Shown one piece after another: positions 1 to 12,115 of a DNA stretch of 38,774 nucleotides; position 1 is the first letter of the stretch, and every line of letters begins with the position of its first letter. The position numbers were made by a program, and so were the translations under genes. Under the pieces are notes generated by a model, which was given only the letters and a program-made list of their open reading frames with translations, searched no databases and was not told the origin of the DNA. Origin of the DNA: Octopus bimaculoides (Eukaryota); assembly GCF_001194135.2 (NCBI RefSeq), contig NC_068996.1:34043680-34082453 (forward strand), in the 5' to 3' direction.

Positions 1-140
1 TACTGGTGAGTAAATACTTCCAATGCTTCCAGTAACCATGGATTTGTAGCAGAGTAATCTGTCAGCCAGCCAAACTGAGGCAGTCATATGTGTTGTGATC
101 AGAGACACAATAATAGCAAGGTCTGAACTCACAATTGCTG
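1..140 (-). other. Candidate downstream exon of the duplicated membrane-protein gene (boundaries unresolved)
   Basis: Identical in both copies. One minus frame is open and partly hydrophobic (IVSSDLAIIVSLITTHMTASVWLADRLLCYKSMVTGSIGSIYSP), but no phase-0 AG acceptor joins this frame to the 475-624 exon. Confidence 0.35.
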
Positions 141-474
141 GGTATAATTTAACACAGTTTTCTTATTTGCAAAATAAGCCCCCCAGCCATAAAGATGTAA
201 AAACTTAGAAGTCAATTTAATTGAAGATCATGGCAAACATTAATTCTTGAAAAGAATGGGAATCAACTCTAGAATTAGGAAAGATGTAAAAAAACTGTTT
301 TGTTATTATTCAGACAAGCATTGTTTTAACGATGTCACTAATTTAAAGTACTGAATATACAAAGAATAAATATGGTGACCAAGTTCATATATGGTTTGTT
401 TAAAAATAATTTATAAAATGAAGCCACGAAATCTCTAAAGGATTAAAACCATTTAGAAAACTAGGTTAACTCAC

Positions 475-624
475 CAACATACGACTCCACAGTATTGTTC
501 CAATAACAGATTCATCCTTGCTTAAGCGACTTTTGTATAAAACAAATGATGCCCCAACATGAATGGCTCCATATATCCGCATTAAAACTAAATGTGATGC
601 TTCTATAGGCGTCCCTTCACTCAC
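475..624 (-). CDS. Internal coding exon (150 nt, phase 0/0) of an uncharacterised multi-pass membrane protein, possibly TP53I11/PIG11-like
   Basis: Acceptor tattttattttag|GTG and donor TTG|gtgagt. The only open frame gives VSEGTPIEASHLVLMRIYGAIHVGASFVLYKSRLSKDESVIGTILWSRML. Length, frame and splice sites are conserved in the second copy. The RIYG motif and spacing resemble TP53I11 (RLYGGALL); that family call is tentative. Confidence 0.8.
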
Positions 625-1321
625 CTAAAATAAAATATAGCTACAAATTATGTAATACTTGTTAATTATAATTTTTCATAATGATTTTGACAAATCGCAA
701 ACATTTTCAAATAAATACATTGAACAACTAAAACTATGTAAATTTTTAGAAAATAAACAAAGAAAGTAAGAAAATCTTGTTTTATTAAATTTACTAAATA
801 TATAAAAACAAGCTTGAGCATTTCTAAGAATCAAGAACCCTCCATTTTTGGAAAATGCAGTATAGCTGCAACGAGTAATTTGTCACATTGCTAGCAGTAG
901 CCTGCCAACTTTCTATAATGACAAATCTCCATTTTATATTTTAACCTTTAAATGATTGCCCAACATTCAATCATATTTTAATGTCTTCAAAAAGGAAGAA
1001 CACAAGATAATATAGTTTTAGAAAAAAATGATCCTAACTGGAAAATGTTTCCATGATAGATATATTGGATGAAGGCAGACATGGACCTAAAAATGCAATG
1101 CCCCAAGTCTGTATTATATGCCTAATTTTCTTATAGATCAGCAAACTATTTATACACACTTTCTTCACCAGACACTACACTACTATTGATGACAAAGTGT
1201 ATCAACTTGTGTAAGAAAACTGTGTAGAGCCCAACCCAGTGCTATCTCCACTAAAGTCACAATCTTCTTTAATAATAGAAAAATAAAGTTTATGACATGT
1301 AACAAACATGAATATATATGA

Positions 1322-1459
1322 CTGGGTTGAAGATGGGTATACGTCTGGGGTAAAGAAGGGTGTATGGTTGAGGTAAAAACAGATATATAGCTGGGGTGAA
1401 TGTAGGTATGTAACTGGAGTGGACATGGGCATATAGCTGGGATGGATATGGGTATATAG
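1322..1459. repeat. Cryptic 23-bp minisatellite, 6 diverged units
   Basis: Units start at 1322, 1345, 1368, 1391, 1414 and 1437, each exactly 23 nt. Approximate consensus CTGGGGTGAANATGGGTATATAG. Confidence 0.85.
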
Positions 1460-1599
1460 CAGTAACAGATACAAAAGGAAGATGCAGCTCAAACTGGAGC
1501 TGTTATTTTTGCAAAAGGAGAAAACCTAGAAAAGAAAGAAACAGCCCAAACCAACACATCAGAAAAATGCTGCTAGGAATTTAACAAAATTATTGTTAG

Positions 1600-3730
1600 T
1601 CCATCAGTGTCTGATAACGACAAAGCCTGTGTTCTTAGCAGAGAGCATATGATGCCACAGCCCAAAGCTGGAAACATACAAGTGCCCATGGATGTCACAA
1701 CAATAGTCTGTTGATTAGATTGAGGTGGATGCTGCCCCATGACATCTTTCTCTTGCAGCATCAAGACACTGTCATCAGTCCTCTTCAATGGCAGCTGCTG
1801 TTCATGAAGTGAGAAAGCTCCATGCTGATCTGTCTGTGGTAGAGGCTTTAAGTTTGCAGGCTAATGCCACTCCATTTCAGGTTGTTTCATTTGAAGTTGT
1901 CTATACTTCAGTTGAGGCCATCCTTGCTTGCATGAGCTTGCCATACAACAGCTGTCTGGGTACACAGCTATCAGTCATTCTGATGACTTGGCCAGTCCAG
2001 CATAACTGAGCCTTCAGTAACATTGACACAGTCTGTCCAGCACTTCTTGGTTTGTCCCTCTGTCCTGCTAGTGAATGCTTATGATCCCGCACAGTGCCCT
2101 TTTGTGAAACTTCCAGCTGTTTGATGTGTCAACAGTATAGGGTCCATGTTTCACATCTATAGAGTACTGCAGAGACAACTACAGCCTTGTAAATCTTGAA
2201 CTTTGTCAACAGTCTAATGCCTTTCTGCTAGAGAACTTTCATTTTCAGTTTTCAAAATGCTTGGCTGGCCTTGTGGATGAGATTTCACAGTCTAATGATC
2301 CATTGATTGAGCATGTACTTTAAATTCCACACACATAAAATGGACTTTCCATCTGTTCTTCAATACAGTTCTCCTTGACTTGATACGCAGCAAATACCAT
2401 GTCTATGGTGTTGCAGCCAGAGCAGAAGCCACACTGGGCTTCAGGCAAGTTGCTGTCTGAGACTGGTGATGAGCCTGATGAAGAGGATGCAGGCCAGGAT
2501 TTTTCCAGCAGCGGAAAGCAAGGAAATCTCCTTGTAATTTCCAGTCTGATTTGGCTCCTTTGTTCTTGTAGAGTAACTTTTGTGGCATTTTAGAAGTTTG
2601 CTGGCATACACTATTCCTGCCAAATGAATACAAGAATGTCATGGAATGCATTGAAAACCACAATACCAAGTACCTAATACAATTCTGCAGGAATTCCATC
2701 TGCTCACAGAGCTTTGCCACAGTTCATTTATGGCAGTCTGACCTCATCTACACTAGGCAACAGGTAAAGATCTTTGAGCAGAGGGTTCTATTTGCTGCAA
2801 TGCTTCCTGGTCAACAGTGGATGGCTAGTTTATGAATGGGTTAAAGTGCTCCTCCCATCTTGCCCTGATTCTTTTTTTGCATTTGTCTTGCATGCTGTGA
2901 AGCTCTCTCTGGTCTCTGGTTTGACAGTTCTTGTAACTGTCATACCATGAGGAGCAGTTTGGTTGGGTCTGCCAATCAGTGGAGACCTTTCTCTTATCCA
3001 ACAATGCCCATACAACCTCATCATTGTCATCAAACGAGTCCTAATGAAGCTTTTCTTTTGAGTCTAGAAGTATTTTGGCTGTCTGTGACAACTTCTTTGA
3101 ACTGGTTCCACTTTTCCCCTGGTTCACCAGTTAGTAGTCCGATTGCCCCGAACTTGTTAATCAAGGTAGGACTGGAACTCCTGCTGGTATTTGGCTGAAA
3201 GGAGTCTTACTGTGTTGAAGGTCAGTCCAATGAGCTTTGGGCACTTCTGGTGCTGGGGAACTATGTGGACATTGAGCTTGGCTCTTATGAGTCTGTAGTC
3301 CATCCAGCACTCTGCTCCATGCATTGCCCTAGTGATGAGGACATCATTGCTGTGACACTGACAGGTGATAATGTACTCGATAAGATGTCACTGTTTTGAG
3401 TGCAAATGTATCCACGTCTTATTAGCCTGCCAGAAGATGGTGTTTGTAACAAGCAGGTTATACTCAGTGCATTTGCTCGGTAAAAGAAAGCCATTGTTCA
3501 TTTTCCCAATTCCATGCTTCTCTATAACTCCTCTCCACCAACTCTCGTGTTGAAGTTACCTAGTATTACAAGCTTGCATGTTGCAGGTGTGTCACATAGC
3601 ACAGCATCCAAGTCAACATAGAACTGCTCTCAGATCTCTCCCGTGCACATCATTGTAAGGGCATATGTGCTCATGATGGTGAAGTATTTGTTGTTGAAAG
3701 ATTCCAGTGGTAAGGCTGGGAATCTGATAG
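1600..3730 (-). mobile_element. Degenerate RTE-clade LINE (endonuclease, RT and C-terminus; internally deleted)
   Basis: Minus-strand fragments include LLKAQLCWTGQVIRMTDSCVPRQLLYGKL (RTE C-terminus), GNYKEISLLSAAGKILACIL (RT), and endonuclease-like TLMSTYALT and RAMHGAECWMDYRL. Many stops and frameshifts. Confidence 0.9.
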
Positions 3731-3735
3731 TTTTA

Positions 3736-3918
3736 GGGAGAGGCGGAGGAGAGAGAGACAGAAAGAGAGACAGAGAGAGACAGAGAGATGTACAGAGAGA
3801 GAGGCAGAGAGAGAGAGAGACAGAGGCAGAGGGATAGAGAGGCAGAGGGATATAGAGAGACAGAGGGATATATAGAGAGAGATATAGAGACAGAGAGACG
3901 GACGTGCAAATACAGAGA
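3736..3918. repeat. (GA)n-rich compound microsatellite followed by a 100-N gap
   Basis: gagagagacagaaagagagacagagagaga... directly visible. Confidence 0.95.
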
Positions 3919-4039
3919 NNNNNNNNNNNNNNNNNNNNNNNNNNNNNNNNNNNNNNNNNNNNNNNNNNNNNNNNNNNNNNNNNNNNNNNNNNNNNNNNNN
4001 NNNNNNNNNNNNNNNNNNTTTTTTTTTTTTTTTTTCTTT

Positions 4040-5480
4040 TTGGAGAAACTGCAGGAGCTACTTGGAGGTCACTTTTCTTTTCTAACTTGCTTTTTTGCTG
4101 TCTTACCTCTTTCCTCAATTCTGCTATCAAACACTACCTATTGGGATCATGCTGCTTATTGTTTTATTTTTTGCCTTCTTTCACAACAAATTTGTCATAC
4201 CAATTGAATGATGGCACTTACCTACCTGATACACACACCTTTTAGAATACTATCCAAGACAGTGTCAACATCTGAGATGAATTACTCATGGCAAATTCAA
4301 TCTGTGAGTTCTTCCAAAAGCCCACAATGTTTGGATTCATCCATGCTTGTGCTTTGATCAAATTGAGCAGACACGCCCTAGTCACTGTAGCTTATTTCGT
4401 GCCTCAGGAGTTCTTCTACCTAACCCCACAAGTAGTATTAGTTGTTTTCATTATCATTTGAATATTCAAGTCATGTTTACTGTTAAAAACTTTGCCAGGG
4501 TTGTTGCATCATCTAGTTACACATTCCTGTCATGCAGTGTCCAATCTTTTAAAGCACAAATTCTGGTCCAACTGCTTCTCCATGTCTTGTGCCCCATTTG
4601 GTAGATTATTCCACTTCGCCAAGGCCTGCTTTAGGTATTCTCTCTGCGTTTTTAGCTTGACTCAGTTTTTTTGGAGTGCTATCCCTAACACTATTAAATG
4701 CTGCCTTTGTAATTTGTGGTCCATTCTTGATGGATGCCCATGGTTGTCCCCCCCCCCNNNNNNNNNNCCCCCAGTAATGGTCAAAACATTACACATGAAA
4801 TAAATATGAGAAATGCTTCGCTCCACGCAGAAAGTGCAGCAGTTACTCGGTTCACTTTCCCGTGCCTGTGTTTTTTTTTATTCAAAGCTTTGAATTTACA
4901 GACTAAATTGCATTGTTTTGCTGTTACCTTTGATGAATAATTAAGAAAAAGCGGTGTGTGTTGCTGGTTTTAGAAATAATGGAACTACTTTAGGTGTCCA
5001 CTACGACAGTTTCTTGTAGGATTTCCCATGTGGAAACACAACTTTCCTAAATATTAAGTCTGTTGCTGCTTATTATTTTTGTTTTGCTTTTGGTGTTTTT
5101 GTTTTTCTTCTTTTACACAAAAGGTATGATGGCATGACCAATATTCCAATATGATGCCATGACCAATATTTGTATCAAGCAAAGCTGGTTTTAGAATTGA
5201 TGAAAGTACTTTAGTTGTCCATTAGGATATTTAGTTGTAGGATTTCCCATTTGTAGTTTGAATCCCTATATGGAAGATGACAACTTTTTGAGGTCAACAA
5301 AATAAATTACCAGTCATGTACTGGGGTCAACCATAGGAACACAACTCTCCTAAATATAAAGTATAATTGCTGCTTATTGTTTTTAATTTTGTTCCTGGTG
5401 CTTTTTTTTTTCTTTCCTATGTGAAACATATGCAAGAAAAACTGACATAGGTATACTAACAAGTATATCAGTTTCCCTTT
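4040..5480 (-). mobile_element. Degenerate Gypsy (K02A2.6-like) derivative, copy A: gag zinc-knuckle relic plus integrase N-terminal fragments
   Basis: Decayed CCHC knuckle (STKWGTRHG...CALKDWT) and integrase-like RDSNYKWEILQL. About 4300-5360 is homologous to 11100-11800. Confidence 0.65.
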
Positions 5481-5499
5481 TTCATTGTTGACTTCATGC

Positions 5500-6770
5500 A
5501 TTTGTCATGCTGAATCGTATATCACATCTTCTACTAAATCTGTATAGTCTCTTCAGCATTGTTTCTAGTTGTTTAGCATCTGCTCTGTACCATGTCCAGG
5601 AAGTTCAATGTCATTCATTCTCTGCTGGGGAAGTTTACAGAGAGAGAGAGAAGTTCACAGTAAAACAAAACAAAAATAATCTTGCTTTTAAATTGTTTTT
5701 AACCAACGCATAAGAAATTTCACAATAAAAGAACACCTTATCAATCATTTTAATGAACAAAATTTAAGAGATTGAGTTTTATCAAATAAGTAAACCTGGT
5801 TTCTAATAAGTGTTGTTATGTACTATTCCTGACACCAAAATAAGCAATGTCTTGGGTAACTGCAGGGAACATGTCATCATCGCCACACAGTGTTTCAAAA
5901 GCATCTACAACTTTATGTACATAGAGAAAAGCCAGAGCACACAACATGAACATTTTTAAAGCAAACTCAGCTTTAACTCTGCAAGCTTCGGTTTTTCAGA
6001 CAATACACTGTGAAAAATGAAAAACACATCACCTAAGATTGCTTATTGGAAAACATCATACAGCATCCTTTCATCATTGCATTCGAAAAATCTATAGTGT
6101 TTGATAAGGCACCAGACAATGATTCAGATTTTTTTGTTTCCTAAAAATGTTTTGTATGAATTTTTGGTTTTATCAGGCAATAAGACAAACATCAGTGGTA
6201 GTGAAATGTTGTCTTTCAGTTGTGAAGAGTATATATAATTGGGTAAATAGCAAAGGACTAGCCTTGAACTTTCCCTCTGTGTAGAATTATTTGATTCTTG
6301 TTAGTAATTGAAGATATCGTTGTCCAAAATAAAGGTACAAAAAATTGTCACTGCTTCATAATTTTGTGATGCCATTGGCAGAAGTGTTATCTTTGTGATG
6401 CTATGGTAGCAATGGGCTAGGATATTCACTTTGTCTAATATTTTGCATCGTTCTTTTTAGGTTATCATTATTTGGAAGCATATCTATTGCAGCCAACAAA
6501 TTTCTGCAAGTGTAGAATATATCGTTACAATTTGTGGTCTCCTCTGTTTGCATGTATATTTTTTGACAATTTTTCTCTTATCACCAGTATTGTTATGATT
6601 ATTCAAAATATTAACGATTTTATCCTCCACTATATGAATCCTCGCACAATACTTAGTTTTCTGATACAGTTCACTCTTCCAGAACGGTTTAGCAAACAAT
6701 TGTCTCTCCTTGTTTAATAGATAGCTCCCAACACAGTCTCTTTTAGTTTTCTTTTCCATTTCCATGTAAA
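5500..6770 (-). mobile_element. Decayed FLYWCH-MULE (Mutator-like) DNA transposase
   Basis: FLYWCH-like GSYLLNKERQLFAKPFWKSELYQKTKYCARIHIVEDKIVNILNNHN. MULE core relics: YTEGKFK, SLPLMFVLLPDKTKNSY, TIDFSNAMM, GDVFFIFHS, FALKMFMLCALAFLYVHKVVDAFETLC. Several frameshifts and stops. Confidence 0.85.
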
Positions 6771-7009
6771 TAATTTCCATCAAATGGCTTGGATAGAAGA
6801 AAAATAATTGCAAGGAAAATTTTATAATTTAATCTAAATAATGCACTCGCCACTTCCCCCTCTTCCTTCCACTTTTATTCTAAATTTCTTTCCATTTTTT
6901 CCATATAATCATACTTTTTATATTAGAAATGTTTGAAGCATATTTCCTTTCTTAAAACATATTTAAGTTTTTTTGACATTATTTTCTGTTCAGTAGTTAT
7001 TTATAGTAT

Positions 7010-9700
7010 TGGAAGCGTAGCCTCCTGACACCAACATGGCTCCAACAGTCAAGTGAGCAGCTGGGAAACTGCAGGCCAGATCAGGAAGCCAACTTGCTTA
7101 GAGTGGAAGAAGTAGTCGTACCTGACTGGATGTCTTGTGTAATGTGGTTCTTCATTGCCTTGGGCCACATTGCCATCTTTTCACCGACTGTCTTCATTGC
7201 CAATCATTGTTTGCTGATGTTGCCAACTCACATCCTGCATTCTTTACATTGCCTACTGACAATGTGCATTCCTTCACCAGTTCAGATCATCTGCTTTCAC
7301 AGCAAAGACACATAGAAACGGGAAAACATGCTGCATTTTTCTTATCAGTCACATGATTAACATTATTTCTTTGTAAAACTACTTCCTCCATAGAGTATTG
7401 TTGATCTGACAAAAGTATACAACATTAATAGATTTAGTCCATACAGTGACTGTCTTACTCTCACACTCCTGTTGACAAAGGTAATGTAGACCAAGGAGAA
7501 GGTATCCTGTGGTGTCCTAGCTGAACTGGCCAGGCCCATAGTACTTCCACAGACAATTCACATGCACAACTTTGGGACGAGACCTCTTGCCCCCTCAAAT
7601 CCAGTACATGACATCAGACAGGCAATTTGTGACAGTATAGCGTCCTCACCATGGAGTCTGCAATTTTGGCAACTGTCCTTTCTTCTGCTGTGGGGTTGTA
7701 AAGCCACACTTCATCTCCCACTTTAAAGTTGATCTCACGACCCTTGGTATCATGCCAACATTTCATCACTCCAGCCGAAAAGTTCAAAACTTCCCTAACT
7801 TGTTGGTATACCTCTGTCAGCTTCTTTTGTAGATGTTTCCAAGGCTGAATGTTTCACTAAGCACTTCCTCACTTGGTGGTGTTTCCATCAAGATGTCAAC
7901 CAGGAATCTCACCTTGTGAACCAATATCAGCTTTGCAGGTCTATAAGCAGTAGACTCCTGGCAACTTGTACGCCATCAGCAAAGTGCATAACTCTAGATT
8001 GCATTCCTACTGTCCTTCTACACAATACTTGGCTAGTTCTTGTTCTAGTGTCGAATTAAACTTTATCATCCCATTCAGCTGTGGTCTCAGTGGGATTTTC
8101 CTGGTCTTAATTCCAAACAACTTAGAACATCCCTAAAACACAGCTGATTCAAAGTTCCTACACTGCTCACAACATAGCTCATGAGACATCCCAAATTGGT
8201 AGAACTGGTGCACCAACATTTGCACAACAGTTGTGGTTCCTTGATTAAGTATGGCCACTGTGCAGTGTAGTCCATATATACCAACTTCCTCTTCCAGTGA
8301 GTGGCAAAGGTCCAACAATATCTACAGCTACTCTTTCCATAGGTGCATCTACTTAGTATGACTGAAGAGGGCCTTCTTAGGTCCCTTCTTGGTGCAATAT
8401 ACATAACAGGAACAACATTTTTCAATGTCTTGAAGTGTGCCTGTCCAGTAAAGTCCCTACCACAGTTGATTCAGTCTTCTTTATCCTGAAATGTCCAGTC
8501 ATAATCAAATCTTTAGTTTCTTGTGACAGCTCTGAACTCATCTTCTTCTGTATCACCTTGTCAAGGCCATTACGTGTCTCTGATTGCCTCTCAAGTAATC
8601 TATTGTTCAGGCAATGAAGACTGAACAAAGATTTGTTCAGACAAAGAAGACTGTAGGAGCTCATAGTCTCAAGGCTGGACCTGGACACACTTCTTCCCAA
8701 AATGGTCTCACTGCACTTCTTTAATACTTCTTCAGTCAACACATGCCCAGTCACTGCAGTACAGTTACACTCGTTTTATCTCCCCTTCATTATAATGTTT
8801 GCAATCTTGGTCACAAGGCCAATGACTCAAATTGTCAGTGTTGCTACCTACCTACCTCAGTTAGGGCAGGTAGGCAGGTAGCAACGCTGCATAGTGTCTC
8901 CATTTTCTCTGCACAAGTCATGGCAAAAATGGTTATCGCAGTCTCGGACGTGCCATTCTTTGAACTTTCCAATAGATGGTTTTTAACTGCCCTCAGCTAA
9001 TTGCCAATTTGGGTCTTAGTATCTTTGGCATTGTCAATATCTTTCAAAGTACGAAGAAGGAATCTGATGTCTTGCAATCTCAAATTTTTTAATGCTGAAA
9101 ATGTCACATGTCAGCTTTCCTTTGAAGATACTCCAAGGTTTTGGCTGGATTGAACTTCATATAGCAAGTTCAGTATTTGCCATGTTTCTGGCATTGCTGG
9201 TGTCTTGACTTATAGTTATCAGCCATGAAGAGCCCTGCAGATTGGATGCCCTGTATTTTCATGAATTTTGGGTCCTCTTGACTGTTTTCTTCCTGTGTCT
9301 AGTGGTAGTTTCATAGATACCACAAATAGGTCTACAGAAATTGTACACCAGACTGTAATACACTCCTCCAGTTTCAAGCATTCAGTGATGAAATTTCCCA
9401 CAGTGAACTCTTCTTCTGTGAACCTTTGTACAGCACTATGGGTGTGGCTACTTCTGTTGGTACTTGCTAGTACTCCATTACACTATGGATCATTTGATAG
9501 GGCATGCTTGAGTAAGCTTGGCAACATATAACCATACCCCTGAGAATATTTTCTTGTTTCTCTTTAGCTCCATAATGACATGGCTCTCATGCCATAAAGG
9601 AGTATGAGAACTAAATTAGTCTCCATCTGCAGAAAGATCCTACCAGCAGCATCTTATCAACTACAACCACTTTGAGCTGGTTTCAATTGCCATGCCTATC
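7010..9700 (-). mobile_element. Gypsy LTR-retrotransposon pol relic: protease, RNase H and integrase, with the RT region missing
   Basis: Integrase AILNQGTTTVVQMLVHQFYQFGMSHELCCEQCRNFESAVF, C-terminal HVNCLWKYYGPGQFS, RNase H relic RFLLRTL and a protease-like segment near 9300-9450. Only about 100-250 bp separate protease from RNase H. Confidence 0.85.
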
Positions 9701-9742
9701 TCCATGGTGACTTTCTTTACCTGTTTGGGTTTTTTATATCCT

Positions 9743-9948
9743 TGTATTGGATATATAATATAATGAAGCAGGAGGGAGGATATATATACACAACGCATTA
9801 CTATTACTATTAGACAAGACTCAATGCTCTATATCAAAAGCTCACAGTGAACTGCTAAAATCACAAACTGCCAGTCATTCAAGGTTCCTTAATTCGTAAC
9901 AATGAGTCCACCTTTAGGCACTTGGTGGGTGGTCGTAATCCTTCCACA
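9743..9948 (-). mobile_element. Putative short 3' LTR (about 206 bp) of the Gypsy derivative at 9950-11810
   Basis: On the minus strand it starts TGTGG just after the pol C-terminus and a purine tract (aaaggagag) and ends ccaatACA. No partner LTR was found. Confidence 0.35.
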
Positions 9949-9949
9949 A

Positions 9950-11810
9950 TAACTCATCTTTTTTAGAATCAGTCTCTCCTTTTGAGAATTGAACTCCACT
10001 TTGAGTTTTAATATCTCTTATGTTTAGGGTTCAATTTCAGTGTTTCCATTCTTTTATGTTTTCTGGTGCTATGTGTAGCTTCAAATTGTTTGGGTGCTAG
10101 CACCTCAAATGTGTTATGCAGTACTTCCACAGTGGTTTAGTTTCTTTTGACTTTTTTTCTGTGAATCTTTTCTTATGCTGGTTAATGTATTTTGTATTCA
10201 ACATTTTTTCCTTTTACCAGGAATATCATGCTTCCAATTTCTTTAATTATTACACTGTTCTCCCAGCTTTCTTTATAAGCTTTAGAAAAGAAAACTTTGT
10301 TACCTAACTTGAAGAATTTTGAGGTATTTTTCTTGTTTGTCTTGTTTTTTTAATTTTCACTTGTTATGAGCTTATCAAAAACAGATCTGACCTTTCTAGG
10401 AAACATTGATTCTACGGGTGATATTCCTGATGGTGTATTCAGGTGAGATGTTACTCGGTACACTCTTAGAAATCGTTGCAATGTAAAGTCATCCATCACT
10501 TCATTGCTTGCGTTTTAAAACACTTTCTTGAAAGTGTCAACAAAACGCACTGATTGTCCATTTGACTTAGGATGATAGGGCAAAGTGGTGACATGTTCGA
10601 TAATGAACATAGTCTCATTTTTCTTGCTGTTAATTTGATGAATGATTACGGAATGGTATGTGTTGTTTCTTTTTTATTGGCTGTTAGCCGTAGACTTTCC
10701 TATTTGGAGTTAGAATCCAAGTAAAGTACATGACATCCTTTTAAAATCAACAAAATGAAGTGCCAGTCATAATCAGATCTTGTGTTTCTTGTGATAGCTC
10801 TGAACTCATCTTCTTCTGTATCACCTTGTTTAGGCCATCAGGTGTCTCCCATCGCCTCAGAGTAAGGTGCATGACATCCTTTTAAAATCAACAAAATGAA
10901 GTGCCAGTCATGCACTGGGGTGAACCATAGCAACACACTATCTCTGAATATCAGGTCTGTTGTTGCTCATTGTTTTTGTTTTGTTTCTTCTGTTACACCA
11001 CTTAAAACATGGGTCTTACTGTCTTGATACTGTCATGAGGAATGTTTCCTTGGACAATAACATCTCAGACCAATAATTTGTAGAAAATCCAGTTTGTATG
11101 TTCTTCTGAAAGTCCTCACAATGTTCAAATTTATCCACACTTGTGCTTTGATCAAGTTCAACAGAGATGCCCCAGTCACTGGCTTTGTTCCTGCCTCAGG
11201 CACTCATCTGACCAAAATCATAAGTCCAATCTTGTTAAGCGAAAATTATGGTCCAGCCACTACTCCATGTGTGGTGCCTCTTGTGACAAAATGTATATCG
11301 TCATTCCTTGGTCTGCTCTAGTGTATTCTCTCTTATATGTGTTAGTAGCTTGACGCAGTGCTTCGGAGTGCTGTCCCTAACATTTTTAAATGCTGTTTTT
11401 GTAATTTGTGGTCCATCTTCCATGCCCATCGATCTTCCTCCATTAGCAATAGTCACATACACATGAAATAAATATGAGAAATAACTTGTCCCATGCAGAA
11501 AGTGCAGCAGCTACTCAGAGGTCGCTTTTCTTTTCTTGTCCATTCTTTTTCTTTGAATGCTTTGAATTTACAGACTAAATTTGATTATTATGTTGTTAAC
11601 TTTGATGATAATTAGGAAAAAATGGTGTGTATTTGCTGGTTTTAGATTTGATAAAACCAGTTGTCTTTTAGAACAGTTAGTTGTAGGATTTCCTATTTGT
11701 AGTTTGAGTTCCAATATGGAACATGACAACCTTCTGAAGTCAATAAAATAAATTATCAGTCGTGTATTGGGGTCAGTCATAGGAACACAGCTCTCTTAAA
11801 TATCCTCTTC
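9950..11810 (-). mobile_element. Degenerate Gypsy (K02A2.6-like) derivative, copy B: gag knuckle relic joined to the integrase core and C-terminus
   Basis: IEHVTTLPYHPKSNGQSVRFVDTFKKVF and LQRFLRVYRVTSHLNTPSGISPVESMFPRKVRSVFDKL (integrase), tail ETLKLNPKHKRY, knuckle relic YTFCHKRHH. Homologous to copy A. Confidence 0.85.
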
Positions 11811-11859
11811 TTGCTCTTGATGTCACTTCAAAATCTGAAATCTGCATTCACTTGCTCCA

Positions 11860-12115
11860 CTACTCGCACATGAAATCTTTTAAATGGCTTATTGATTGAA
11901 ATGTGTGAAAGAATGCTGTAAAAGAGGTAGATGTGATATCATTTCTAAAATGTGGCATTAGTAATGCCCTTGATGTTACTGAAGATGATTTATTGTTTGA
12001 AGAAGATACTGATAACCCAGATCCTATTGCAGAGAATTCCAGTGATGATGAGAGTAGGAGTAATATAGATGACAACACTGAGAATGAGTAACTTTGAAGA
12101 AATGTATGATGAAAC
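11860..12115 (+). mobile_element. pogo/Tigger-like transposase C-terminal fragment
   Basis: SFLKCGISNALDVTEDDLLFEEDTD followed by an acidic tail, typical of pogo DDE transposase C-termini. Confidence 0.8.

Larger units (their letters stand above)
1..838 (+). repeat. Segmental duplication copy 1 (direct repeat of 32778-33616), containing host-gene exon(s)
   Basis: Colinear match from base 1 (tactggtgagtaaatac) to about 838 (aatcaagaa) with 32778-33616. Bases 1-153 are identical; intronic parts show many substitutions and indels (roughly 85-90% identity by eye). Confidence 0.95.

Noticed and set aside
1202-1527. Minus ORF with a strong-looking acceptor at about 1527, and a short candidate exon KIVTLVEIALGWALHSFLTQ near 1207-1266
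   Set aside because: The ORF runs through the 23-bp minisatellite, the donor is weak, and the paralogous position is in an N gap, so it cannot be supported
5830-5960. Apparent signal-peptide first exon MFMLCALAFLYVHKVVDAFETLC
   Set aside because: It is the conserved FALKM..L.ALAF...V..AFE region of the MULE transposase relic
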